From Candidatus Hydrothermarchaeales archaeon (GTDB lineage Archaea; Hydrothermarchaeota; Hydrothermarchaeia; Hydrothermarchaeales; JAZGAD01), in contig JAZGAD010000043.1 of NCBI GenBank assembly GCA_036444275.1, forward strand, positions 1-44,800: a DNA stretch of 44,800 nt, in the 5' to 3' direction. The position numbers were made by a program, and so were the translations under genes. Position 1 is the first letter of the stretch. Each line of letters begins with the position of its first letter. Of the stretch, positions 27,952-37,246 are shown one piece after another. The notes beneath the pieces were generated by a model, which saw nothing but the letters and a program-made list of their open reading frames with translations, was not told where the DNA came from and made no database searches.

Positions 27952-30435
27952 TTACACATATGGTTTCTCGTCTATGTACTCATCCGTGTCCACTTCAGTC
28001 TCCACGTTATTGATAAACAATTCCAGAGATGCGATTGCCCCCTCTTTGAGCAAAGGCGAATTATTATTGCCGCACTGATAAGAGTAGGTACACGATGGGC
28101 AGCCGTCATCGCTGATACAGGGACACTCCTTTAGGATCTTCAAGGACCTAGTTACCGCCTCCTCGAAGCGGTCGTAAAGCAACTTGGAGATACCATTACC
28201 CCCTGGAGCGCTGTCGTAGACGAATATCGTCCCGGAGCCACCCATTGAAATCCCTCCTATCTCTCCGCTTCCACCTCCGACAAGCATGTTGCTGCTCTCT
28301 ATGAGCACGTGCTCCACCGCATGGAAGCTGCCTCCGAGAAGCTCTGCTTCCTTTACCCCTGGTTTGATGACGCCTTCAGGATATGGCGCTGTAAAGACCA
28401 AACCCCTGGTCTCGAAGGTGTAGCTGATGGGTCTTTCAAGAGCTTTCTGTGTGCGCCTCTTACCAGAATACACATCCTTGACCACATAGCTGTGGACTAC
28501 TTCTGTTATCCTGAGCTTGCAGTAGAGGAGCTGAGCAGAAAAGCACTTCTTGCTCTCCAGCACCTCTATGACCTCTGGTTGGGAATAGCGCAGTGCCTCT
28601 GTTCTTTCATCTACCTTTCCCGCCTTTTGCACCTGGGCAGTGCCCACTTTGTGGCTGAAGTGAAAGGATATTCCCCTGTAGACTTTTCCAGCGTGCAGGT
28701 AAAGCGCCCCTGGATGAAGCTCCCTAGCAGCCATGGGCATGCTTCTTTCCCCCATCCATCGATTTCCATCCCTTATCGACACAGTATCTCCGATCCCGCG
28801 AATGTTGTACTTCGATAAAGCCTTCTTCGCGGTATACGTAGGCACTAACCCTTGGGGAGTGCGATTGAGGAGTCCCTCTGATAATAGCTTTTCCTCGATC
28901 TCAGAAGCTCCCAGTTCACCGGATGATAAAGGCTTGTCCATTGAGCCGGCGAGAACCTGATAGTAGGCCACGACCTCGTTCTTAGGCTCTGTATACGCAG
29001 GCTCTATATCTGTGAAATAATCCCCTGAGTAGTTCCGGTAATATGTGCTTATGGGGTCACGGCCCCTTAGCGCCAAGATGGCTATGCTCTCCTGTCCCTT
29101 CCTACCGGCTCTGCCTATACGCTGTATCAAGTGTGTGAAACTCACCAGCTGCGAGACAACGGCGTCTACACTTCCAATATCTATGCCCAGCTCCAGAGTC
29201 GGAGTCGCTACCAGAACGTCCAGCTCACCTGAGCGAAAGGAATCCTCTGCTTTATGCCTGTACTCCTTGGGCAGGCCCGCACGATGAATCGCTACCCTGA
29301 GCTTGTTCTTCTGCGCTATCCTTCCTAGCACTTCAGCATTTTTATGGCTGTTAGCGAACACCAGCACCCTATACTTGTCCCATACAAGGCTCTGCAAGGC
29401 CTCTATTATTAGCGATGTATCGCTCCTCCCAAGGGGGTAGAGCATGAGGAAGTGAACCGGCCCCTTCTTACCGATGCTCTCCTCTACAACTTCTACATCG
29501 ACGTCGAAGAGCGTGCTGGCGAATTCAGCTGGATTTCCGATGGTGGCAGAAGCCCCGATCACCTGGAAATCGCAGAACCTGCGAAGCCTCTTCAGGATGA
29601 AGTGTACATTCGCTCCAAAGGCACCTGTGTATTCGTGGATCTCATCTAGCACTAGGTACTCGATGTTTAATATCAGCTCCCTGAAGGCACTGCCAGGCCT
29701 CATGAGGTGGATGTGCAGCATGTCTGGATTCGTTACTAGTACTTCGGGCGGCGAGGATATGATACGCTTCCTCTCCTCTGCAGGGGTATCGCCGTCGTAG
29801 ACCTCAAATCTAATGCCTGTCGCAGCCTCCAGCTTCTTGAATTTCTTCAACTGATCCCTGGCTAGGGCTTTCGTTGGATAGACGAGAAGCGCCCTCACTT
29901 GTCCTCTAGCATCTGATTCGAGGATCCTCTGGGCTATTGGCAGGACAAATGCCTCTGTCTTTCCGCTTGCCGTTGGAGCTACAATAGCAAGGTTTTTTCC
30001 ATCGCCTATCAGTTCTATTGCACGCTCTTGGAATTCGTAGAGGCGGTTTATTCCGCTGTTCAAGAGGAACTTTTTAAGGGCGGGATGCAGATCAAGCGCC
30101 TCTACCTTCCTACCGTATCTCGCCTCGCTCTCATGGAAGAGTCGGTACCTAACAGGATAGCTCTCCTTCTGCATCAACAGGGCCTTAACTGCCTGCGGCA
30201 GAAGCTTGAAGTCAGCGCCTTCTTTTGATACTTCTTCTTTTATATCCTTCAGGGGCCTGCTACCAACTCCAGCCTCGCCTTTTTCCAGCTCCAAGAGGAA
30301 TGCTTGATAGGCACTTTCAATGTCTTCAGCTTCTACACCGTGGCGAAGCCTGCACCTGAGGCAGACTATGCCGTAGCGATCCTTGTACTTGGTTATCAGC
30401 ACGTCGCTTCCACAGCGCGGACACGTATGAACCAT
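27952..30435 (-). CDS. SF2 DEAH helicase with DUF1998 four-Cys domain (Hrq/SftH/MrfA family)
   Basis: APTASGKTE, TNPDMLH, DEIH, SAT, LELGIDIG, QRIGRAGR, CPC..DGCPSC.....C; extra N-terminal CxxC..CxxC. Confidence 0.92.
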   Translation of the reverse strand: MVHTCPRCGSDVLITKYKDRYGIVCLRCRLRHGVEAEDIESAYQAFLLELEKGEAGVGSRPLKDIKEEVSKEGADFKLLPQAVKALLMQKESYPVRYRLFHESEARYGRKVEALDLHPALKKFLLNSGINRLYEFQERAIELIGDGKNLAIVAPTASGKTEAFVLPIAQRILESDARGQVRALLVYPTKALARDQLKKFKKLEAATGIRFEVYDGDTPAEERKRIISSPPEVLVTNPDMLHIHLMRPGSAFRELILNIEYLVLDEIHEYTGAFGANVHFILKRLRRFCDFQVIGASATIGNPAEFASTLFDVDVEVVEESIGKKGPVHFLMLYPLGRSDTSLIIEALQSLVWDKYRVLVFANSHKNAEVLGRIAQKNKLRVAIHRAGLPKEYRHKAEDSFRSGELDVLVATPTLELGIDIGSVDAVVSQLVSFTHLIQRIGRAGRKGQESIAILALRGRDPISTYYRNYSGDYFTDIEPAYTEPKNEVVAYYQVLAGSMDKPLSSGELGASEIEEKLLSEGLLNRTPQGLVPTYTAKKALSKYNIRGIGDTVSIRDGNRWMGERSMPMAARELHPGALYLHAGKVYRGISFHFSHKVGTAQVQKAGKVDERTEALRYSQPEVIEVLESKKCFSAQLLYCKLRITEVVHSYVVKDVYSGKRRTQKALERPISYTFETRGLVFTAPYPEGVIKPGVKEAELLGGSFHAVEHVLIESSNMLVGGGSGEIGGISMGGSGTIFVYDSAPGGNGISKLLYDRFEEAVTRSLKILKECPCISDDGCPSCTYSYQCGNNNSPLLKEGAIASLELFINNVETEVDTDEYIDEKPYV

Positions 30436-30472
30436 GTTAATTAATTAAACAAGTTTACGTTAAATATTATGC
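30436..30472. promoter_or_regulatory. 37 bp AT-rich bidirectional promoter region
   Basis: GTTAATTAATTAAACAAGTTTACGTTAAATATTATGC separates two divergent ATGs and contains the palindrome TTAATTAATTAA. Confidence 0.6.
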
Positions 30473-32641
30473 ATGCTCTCCATCGATGAGCTCTACGAAT
30501 ACGGCATCCCTAAAGAGGTTGTCCGGATATTAAAGGGAGAAGGCTTGAGCGAGCTATACCCACCACAGGAGGAGGCTGTTAGACAGGGATTATTGGAGCT
30601 GAAGGACTCCTTTGTGATAAGTGTACCTACTGCAAGCGGCAAGACCCTAATTGCAGAGCTGTTGATGATACGCTCTATCTTGGAGCGTGGTGGCAAGTGC
30701 CTATATATTGTTCCACTTCGCGCTCTGGCATCTGAGAAAATCCAGGAATTCAAGAAGTACGAGGAACTTGGGATAAAGTCAGCTATCTCAACCGGCGACT
30801 ATGATGCAAGGGATACATGGCTCGGTGACTACGACATCATAGTGTCGACAAGCGAGAAGGCCGATTCTTTGTTGCGCCATAAGAGTCCCTGGCTGAATGA
30901 GGTCAACGTCTTAGTGGCTGATGAGATACACCTTATCAACGACGGCTCAAGGGGGCCAACATTGGAGGTTACAATAGCCAAGATGCGCCACATCAACCCA
31001 AGGATACTGGTGCTTGGCCTCAGTGCAACAATAAATAACGCTGGCGAGATCGCCTCCTGGCTCGGAGCAAAGCTGGTTCAGAGCAAGTGGCGCCCTGTGC
31101 TCCTCCGTGAAGGGGTCTACTTTCAGGGCGATATCTTCTATAGTGATTCCGAACTCAGGCGGGTGGAACGCGTCTCTAATGGGGCACCTCTAACTCTAGC
31201 ATTGGAGACAGTTAAGGAAGGAGGCCAGAGCCTGGTCTTCGTCAATACCAGAAGGAGCGCTGAGAGGTTAGCCCTTGATGCTGTTGCACATACTAAAAAG
31301 CTCCTTTCCAGAGATGAAGAGAAGGCATTGGAAAAGCTTTCTAGAGAAGCCTTGGGTATATTTGCAGAGCCCACTGAGATATGCAAGAGACTGGGCAAGT
31401 GTCTGGAGGGTGGCGTTGCTTTTCACCATGCAGGTCTAGAAGCCAGACAGAGGAAGCTTGTAGAACAGGCATTTAAGGGGAATCTAATAAAGGTGCTGTC
31501 AGCAACGCCCACGTTAGCAGCTGGCGTGAACCTCCCGGCTAGGCGTGTCGTGGTCAGGGACTACACTAGATATGACGCCAACTTGGGTAGAATTCCAATT
31601 CCGGTGCTGGAATATAAGCAGTTTGCTGGAAGGGCAGGCCGTCCGAAATACGACGATGAGGGAGAAGCTATCATGATAGCTAAAAGCTCTGACGAGCGCT
31701 CCCGTTTACTGGACAACTACATCCTGGCAGAGCCAGAGGATATACACTCAAAGCTGGCGGTGGAGGCAGCCCTACGCACCCATGTTCTAGCGACAATCGC
31801 TATGGGCTACGCTAGCTCAGTCGAGGGATTAATGGACTTTTTCTCTCAGACATTCTTGGCGCACCAGGAACCTCCCAGCATACTGGAGGGACACATCTTC
31901 AAGATATCTAACTTCCTGGTACGGGAGGGCTTCTGTGTAGAAAAAGACGAGTCTCTAGTAGCTACTCCTCTTGGAAAGCGTGTATCAGAACTCTACATCG
32001 ACCCTATGAGCGCTGTAACCTTGAAAGGTGCCCTTTATACATCTCAGGAGAAGCTTACTAACAACGTAGCCTATCTGCACGCTATCTCCAGGACCTCTGA
32101 GCTAGGCGGGTTATACTTGCGGCAGAAGGACTACGAATGGTGCACTCTGGCCGTGTATGAGCACCAGGAATTCCTACTCTTTGACATTCCGAGTCGGGAT
32201 GCTAACTACTGGGAGTTCGAGAGCTTCCTCTCTGAGTTCAAGATGGCTTTGTTCCTGAATGACTGGATGGACGAGCGGAGTGAGAATTTTATCCTAGATA
32301 AGTATAACCTAGGGCCGGGCGATGTTAGAAGCAAGGTGGAGAGGGCCAACTGGCTACTCTATGCTGCCTCTGAGATCGGGAGGCTCCTCAAGGTGCCTAC
32401 TGGCGAGCTCGTGGAACTGAGGGAGAGGGTTAAGCGCGGTGTGAAGAAAGAGCTCTTGGAGCTTGTATCTTTGAGGGGCATAGGTCGAGCGAGGGCGAGG
32501 AGCCTGTATTCAAGTGGCTTTAAAGGCCATGAGGATATAAGGATGGCTGATGTGGCGAAGTTGGCTAGAGTGAAGCTTATAGGAAAGAAGACAGCAGAGG
32601 ACATAAAGCTGCAAGTAGGGGAAAAGCATGGAAAAAATTAG
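30473..32641 (+). CDS. hel308: Ski2-like DNA helicase Hel308/Hjm
   Basis: LYPPQ, PTASGKT, DEIH, RGPTLE, WRPV.L, AAGVNLPAR, GRAGRP, SELYIDP, GIGRARAR.LY. Confidence 0.96.
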   Translation: MLSIDELYEYGIPKEVVRILKGEGLSELYPPQEEAVRQGLLELKDSFVISVPTASGKTLIAELLMIRSILERGGKCLYIVPLRALASEKIQEFKKYEELGIKSAISTGDYDARDTWLGDYDIIVSTSEKADSLLRHKSPWLNEVNVLVADEIHLINDGSRGPTLEVTIAKMRHINPRILVLGLSATINNAGEIASWLGAKLVQSKWRPVLLREGVYFQGDIFYSDSELRRVERVSNGAPLTLALETVKEGGQSLVFVNTRRSAERLALDAVAHTKKLLSRDEEKALEKLSREALGIFAEPTEICKRLGKCLEGGVAFHHAGLEARQRKLVEQAFKGNLIKVLSATPTLAAGVNLPARRVVVRDYTRYDANLGRIPIPVLEYKQFAGRAGRPKYDDEGEAIMIAKSSDERSRLLDNYILAEPEDIHSKLAVEAALRTHVLATIAMGYASSVEGLMDFFSQTFLAHQEPPSILEGHIFKISNFLVREGFCVEKDESLVATPLGKRVSELYIDPMSAVTLKGALYTSQEKLTNNVAYLHAISRTSELGGLYLRQKDYEWCTLAVYEHQEFLLFDIPSRDANYWEFESFLSEFKMALFLNDWMDERSENFILDKYNLGPGDVRSKVERANWLLYAASEIGRLLKVPTGELVELRERVKRGVKKELLELVSLRGIGRARARSLYSSGFKGHEDIRMADVAKLARVKLIGKKTAEDIKLQVGEKHGKN

Positions 32642-32828
32642 AATTCTCGATTTCTTGTAATTATTAAGCGAGAGGGGAGTGCATTTTTCTAATAGTGTGC
32701 AATGCCCAATGGACTTGATTTTTTAACTGATTGCATCTTCATTTACATTCACTAAGTTTTAAATAGGAACATTACCAATGGTCGTAAAAGAGGTAACGAA
32801 TGTTATATGCTAAAAAGGAGGTGAGTGA

Positions 32829-33095
32829 ATGATAGATATAATTGCCTTATTGCTCGGGGCGGTATACGGCTATGTTAAACCCGGGAAAGAGGAGAAGAAG
32901 GTAATCCTGAAGAAGGGAGCCAAGATTGGGGCAGTTCTAGGTGCAGTGCTCGCTGTTGCAAACCTGCTGGTAGGCGGTGGCCTACTCATAGCGACCGCAA
33001 ACCTGTTTGGAACGGTCATAGCGATAGTGTACCTAACGGTAATGTTCGTGATTGGCACGTTGGCCGGAGATTGGCTAGAGGTCAAATTCAAGTAA
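32829..33095 (+). CDS. Small conserved archaeal membrane protein (3 TM)
   Basis: GGAGGTGA RBS; GAVYGYVKPGKEEK and FVIGTLAGDWLE; hydrophobic. Confidence 0.75.
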   Translation: MIDIIALLLGAVYGYVKPGKEEKKVILKKGAKIGAVLGAVLAVANLLVGGGLLIATANLFGTVIAIVYLTVMFVIGTLAGDWLEVKFK

Positions 33096-33113
33096 GGGAA
33101 CTTCGATGAGCCG

Positions 33114-33155
33114 GCGCTCGTGGATATTGCAGAGCGCTTTTTTTTCTTTATTTTT
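33114..33155 (+). terminator. GC hairpin plus long T tract
   Basis: GCGCTC-N12-GAGCGC followed by TTTTTTTTCTTTATTTTT, 18 nt after the stop at 33095. Confidence 0.7.
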
Positions 33156-33208
33156 CGGAACACTAGATTGCAGTCGGTACAATTCTTTATCATATCCAGG
33201 TATAAGGT

Positions 33209-33700
33209 ATGAATATAAAAACTATTGAAACACTCCTGAGAGAAGTTCAGACAAGGTACGATAAAGACCCAAAGGGCTGGAATTTCGTTGTTGGACCGGG
33301 TGAGAAGTACTTTGACATCATGATTTCAAAGGGAGCGAAGGTGTGGCAGTTGAAGCTGGACACGTTATACAAGCCCAATCCTGTCGGCTTTGGATCGCTA
33401 ATAGACAAGCGCGAGGTGCCTGCCCTAGATATAAGCGGTCCTTCCTTCGGATATCGCCCTCTCTCGGATGAACAGATTGAGGCACTCCTCACCCAGAGTC
33501 TCGATTTAGAGGAGATCATAGAGATCGAGCCGATGTCGTTGAACAAGATAAAGAGCCCAATAGTAGCACAGGGCCCGATACTTCATACCTCTAAGCCCAT
33601 GAACTATGTCTCAGAGAAGCAGAAGGCGCTTGACTTGAAATTAAGGCGGAAGATTGATGACCTCTTGGAAAAGTCAGGGGTTACGACGTCCTACGTTTAA
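33209..33700 (+). CDS. Hypothetical protein
   Basis: 163 aa ORF with protein-like composition; no recognised catalytic motif. Confidence 0.7.
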   Translation: MNIKTIETLLREVQTRYDKDPKGWNFVVGPGEKYFDIMISKGAKVWQLKLDTLYKPNPVGFGSLIDKREVPALDISGPSFGYRPLSDEQIEALLTQSLDLEEIIEIEPMSLNKIKSPIVAQGPILHTSKPMNYVSEKQKALDLKLRRKIDDLLEKSGVTTSYV

Positions 33701-33711
33701 TTGGTGATACT

Positions 33712-33930
33712 ATGAAGGCTATGGGAAGGTACTCTTTCCTTCGGCTGGGTGAGAGATGCAGACCTAGGTGTAGAGGCGCTGAAAATCCTCAAGGGCTTTA
33801 AGGGAACCAGTCTGAAAAGAGATTTTGGGATTTCAAGCAGGTCAGTGGAGCTGGGAGTTGGGGGTCATAGGTGAAGACGAGTATGCAGTGCTAGTGAGAT
33901 AACTCCATACTGCTGCCGCATTCGCCTCTT
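33712..33930 (+). pseudogene. Probable decayed Ku (NHEJ DNA end-binding) gene remnant
   Basis: GGTGA RBS and ATG. Across frameshifts it reads MKA/WEGTLSFGWV, C/DLGVEALKILKGFK and VIGEDEYAVLVR*, colinear with prokaryotic Ku motifs. 3' boundary approximate. Confidence 0.5.
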
Positions 33931-34068
33931 GGAGGGAGCTTGAGGTCCATGGCGTTGCACATACCGAGAGTCTGCTCCTTAGTGTTCAGCCTATATTGCA
34001 TTTCCAAAGATGTTGGGCAAAGGGTAAAAAAGGGGCACCTGAGATAAATGGGATATGAAGTGAGGCAG

Positions 34069-34548
34069 ATGACCGCTAGAAAACCAGCCTTGGCTACTGT
34101 TATTCTTGTAATCTCGACAACGATTCTGGCCATCAAGCTTCTTGCACCGAGGCCTATTCAGATAGTCCTGGGAGAAGAGCAGGCGATACTCTTGGAAGGT
34201 GCGATTTATTTCACTTTCACGGACGCGATATTAATAGCGATAAGCGCGTGGTTCGGTGGAACAGCAGCCTTTTATTTACTGCTCCATGAACGAGTGGAAG
34301 GGGTTCCTGCAAACAAAAAATCAGACATCGCGCCTTTAGCATTGAAGTTGCTTGGAGGGGACGAGAGAAAGCTTTATAAACACATATCGGACTCTGGCGG
34401 TGAGATACTCCAAAAAGATCTGATCCTAGAGACTGGTTTAGATAAGGCGAAGGTTACAAGACTGTTGAATAAGCTTGAGCAAAAGGGTTTAATACTCAGG
34501 ATCAAGCACGGCATGACGAACCGCATAGTGCTGAAAGACCCGCTATGA
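34069..34548 (+). CDS. Membrane-bound winged-helix (MarR-like, COG2512-type) transcriptional regulator
   Basis: Two TM segments then L.GDERKLY...GGEILQKDL...GLDKAKVTRLLNKLEQKGLI.R...GMTNRI. Start 34069 or 34048. Confidence 0.85.
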   Translation: MTARKPALATVILVISTTILAIKLLAPRPIQIVLGEEQAILLEGAIYFTFTDAILIAISAWFGGTAAFYLLLHERVEGVPANKKSDIAPLALKLLGGDERKLYKHISDSGGEILQKDLILETGLDKAKVTRLLNKLEQKGLILRIKHGMTNRIVLKDPL

Positions 34549-34585
34549 TTTCATTTTATTGAAATTGGTTTCAGATTAACTCTAT

Positions 34586-35011
34586 ATGTTGTTTCATAGA
34601 GCCTCTACCATGAACATACTCGGGGTGAAGGCCGATAAATGGAAGATATTTTGCCTAGTGATAATCGGGCTGTTAGTCCTCACCATAGTACTCGGTTATG
34701 CGCTGCATAAAGGCCGCAAGGTCCAGCTTATGGAGGAGGAAAAGCAGTTGGCAGTGGATGTGGCGACAGAGGCTCTAGCAGGGAGGATCACGGATGAATT
34801 TACCCCGAATGTTAGGGACTACGGTTGGATGGTGAAGCTGGAGTCCGGGGAAACCACTACCCTAGCATTTGTCTACTTTTCTGCAGTGACAGAGACTCGG
34901 AGATATCGGGTTGCCGTGGATTTGGAGGGGGGTAAGGCGGTACAGATCACTGAGAACAGGGGATGGATGGCTGAAGGCAGAAGAATGCGCCCAGGATTAT
35001 GGCATAGGTGA
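34586..35011 (+). CDS. Single-TM hypothetical protein, first gene of the ABC operon
   Basis: TM IFCLVIIGLLVLTIVLGYAL then a small soluble domain; alternative start 34610. Confidence 0.65.
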   Translation: MLFHRASTMNILGVKADKWKIFCLVIIGLLVLTIVLGYALHKGRKVQLMEEEKQLAVDVATEALAGRITDEFTPNVRDYGWMVKLESGETTTLAFVYFSAVTETRRYRVAVDLEGGKAVQITENRGWMAEGRRMRPGLWHR

Positions 35012-35015
35012 TATA

Positions 35016-35696
35016 ATGAGCGACGCGATCATCCAACTGGAAGAGGTTTCTAAAGTCTACCAGATGGACGAGATTAAGGTCCACGCCTTGAGGGGGGTTG
35101 ATCTATCGGTGGGCGAGGGGGAATTCGTAGCTATTATAGGACCCTCTGGCAGCGGGAAATCCACCATGCTCCACATCGTTGGGTGCCTGGACCGGCCAAC
35201 TTCAGGTAAGGTGTTCTTGGAGAAGATCGACATATCTGAGCTGGGCGACTCGGAATTGGCGAGGCTCAGGGGAAAGAGGATAGGCTTCGTCTTCCAGTCC
35301 TTCAACCTCTACCCCACTTTGAGCACCCGGGAGAACGTGGAGCTTCCCATGATGATTCAGAATGTCGGGGTGCAGGAGCGGAGGGAGAAGGGCGAGGAGT
35401 TGCTTGAATCGGTGGGATTGGTGGAGAGGAGGAATCATTTTCCCTTTCAGCTCTCCGGCGGCGAGAAACAGAGGGTCGCCATCGCTAGGGCCTTGGCGAA
35501 CGACCCTGCACTGATACTCGCGGATGAGCCCACTGGAAACTTGGACTCGGAATCAGGGAAGGAGGTACTTGAGATATTCGAAGAGTTGCATCGAGAGGGG
35601 AGGACTATAGTCGTCGTTACCCATGAGGCTTATGTAGCGGAATTGGCTGAGAGAACGGTCAGGATGAAGGATGGTTTATTGGAGGATGTGAAATGA
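35016..35696 (+). CDS. LolD/MacB-type ABC transporter ATP-binding protein
   Basis: [39 protein letters not shown]. The true start is ATG 35016 after GGTGA, not 34911. Confidence 0.96.
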   Translation: MSDAIIQLEEVSKVYQMDEIKVHALRGVDLSVGEGEFVAIIGPSGSGKSTMLHIVGCLDRPTSGKVFLEKIDISELGDSELARLRGKRIGFVFQSFNLYPTLSTRENVELPMMIQNVGVQERREKGEELLESVGLVERRNHFPFQLSGGEKQRVAIARALANDPALILADEPTGNLDSESGKEVLEIFEELHREGRTIVVVTHEAYVAELAERTVRMKDGLLEDVK

Positions 35697-37246
35697 AGAA
35701 GATGCTGCTCTTAATACTAATCGGGGCACTTATGCCCTTTGAGCTCGTTGGGGCGTCCCTTGTCCTCAGTGTAACCAGTGAGGTCACGCCGTCGCAGATG
35801 GTACCGGGGAGCGACGGATACATAAGATTGACTATAACCAACATAGGCGACGACGACCTCCCAATAGTCTATGTACAGCTGGTTTCCCTAGACAGCCCCC
35901 TGGTCCTCGAAAACGAGGCAGATCTTAAGAGCTCCTATATAGGGGGGATCACGGCCGGTGGGAGCACCGAAAAGGTCTACAAGTTCATGGTTCCGCCAGG
36001 CACGCCATCAGGAACATATGCCGCTAGATACACGGTTTCTCAGTTCGTGGCAGAAGAGGCTAGGCTGGTGGTCTCCGGGAGCGTCCTGATTCCTGTGCAA
36101 GCCCCTTCTTCTTTGATAGTCAAGTCCCTCTCGCCAGCCTCCTTCAGACCGGGGGAACGCGCCCGGGTAAACATAACCCTGTCGAACACGGGTGATGCCC
36201 GACTCAGCGACCTCGTAATATCATGGCAGACCTCGGGCGATATGATACTCCCGCTGGGCTCCGACAACAAGATCACAGTTCAGTCCATGGAACCCGGGCA
36301 GGAGATAGTTTTACCCGTGGAAGTGGTTATCAGCCCGGACATCGCGCCAGGGGTATATCCCTTCCGTATTAAGACCACGTACTACGATCAGATCGGCGTC
36401 GAAAAAACCACGAATTCCACGATTGGGATCGTCATAGAGAGGCTAGCAGGAACTGACATAAGCATGCGCTTTACCCCGAGCTCGTTCAGCCCAGGTGAAA
36501 AAGCCGAGCTGATATTTGATATAACGAATATAGGGGACTCAAATCTCAATGATATAAGCATTTCATGGCGGGTGAAGGACGACGTTATCCTCCCACTCGG
36601 TCTAGGCAATACGATGTTTGTGAAATCCCTAAAGGCTGGCGAGCACGTCCAAATACCCGTAGAGATAATCGTTGACACGGATGCGTTACCGGCCATCTAT
36701 CCCCTCAGCGTGGAGGCCACCTATTCAGACGAAAAAGGCATCCAGAAAACGGATAATTTCACACTGGGTGTCCTGATCGGGGGAGTGACCGATTTCCAGG
36801 TAGGCGTGCAGGAAGTCTCAGGTAGAACGACTTCCCTTTATATTGGTAACATCGGTGTGAATTCCGCCAGGGCCATCTCGGTAAGCATTCCACCGCAGGA
36901 AGACTTCTCGGTGATCGGGCCCTCTGAGGTGTTCGTGGGTAACCTCGATCCAGGGGATTTCACGGTGGCCAGTTTCCAATTGGTTCAGAAACAGAGGGGA
37001 AATACCTTGAGGGTACAAATTGCTTATACCGATGCCTCAGGGAATAGGGAGACATTGGAGAAAGAGCTCACACTGAGTGATGCAGCATTCCGCGGCGTGA
37101 CTTCTGAAGGCGGAACCAGGGGCACAGGCATTGCTTCGCGCAGTGGTTCTATGAGCGGCCTTCGATACGTGATGATTGGCATCCTAGGATTGGTGGGTAT
37201 AGCCGCTGTATACTTGGTCTGGTGGAGAAGAAAGAAGCAAAAATGA
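35693..37246 (+). CDS. COG1361 S-layer-domain protein with tandem Ig-like (CARDB-like) repeats and C-terminal TM anchor
   Basis: Signal peptide, repeated PG...(I/L).N.G...PG.Y modules, TM followed by RRKKQK. Confidence 0.85.
   Translation: MKKMLLLILIGALMPFELVGASLVLSVTSEVTPSQMVPGSDGYIRLTITNIGDDDLPIVYVQLVSLDSPLVLENEADLKSSYIGGITAGGSTEKVYKFMVPPGTPSGTYAARYTVSQFVAEEARLVVSGSVLIPVQAPSSLIVKSLSPASFRPGERARVNITLSNTGDARLSDLVISWQTSGDMILPLGSDNKITVQSMEPGQEIVLPVEVVISPDIAPGVYPFRIKTTYYDQIGVEKTTNSTIGIVIERLAGTDISMRFTPSSFSPGEKAELIFDITNIGDSNLNDISISWRVKDDVILPLGLGNTMFVKSLKAGEHVQIPVEIIVDTDALPAIYPLSVEATYSDEKGIQKTDNFTLGVLIGGVTDFQVGVQEVSGRTTSLYIGNIGVNSARAISVSIPPQEDFSVIGPSEVFVGNLDPGDFTVASFQLVQKQRGNTLRVQIAYTDASGNRETLEKELTLSDAAFRGVTSEGGTRGTGIASRSGSMSGLRYVMIGILGLVGIAAVYLVWWRRKKQK

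Noticed and set aside
27952-30435. DISARM/Druantia-type defence helicase because of DUF1998
   Set aside because: Helicase and DUF1998 are fused as in housekeeping Hrq/SftH. No methylase or SNF2 partner is present, and the neighbouring PLD-like protein lacks an intact HKD.
33712-33801. 29 aa Cys/Arg-rich peptide or TGA-recoded selenoprotein
   Set aside because: It ends in TAA, no SECIS-like element is seen, and it is better explained as a frameshifted Ku-like remnant.
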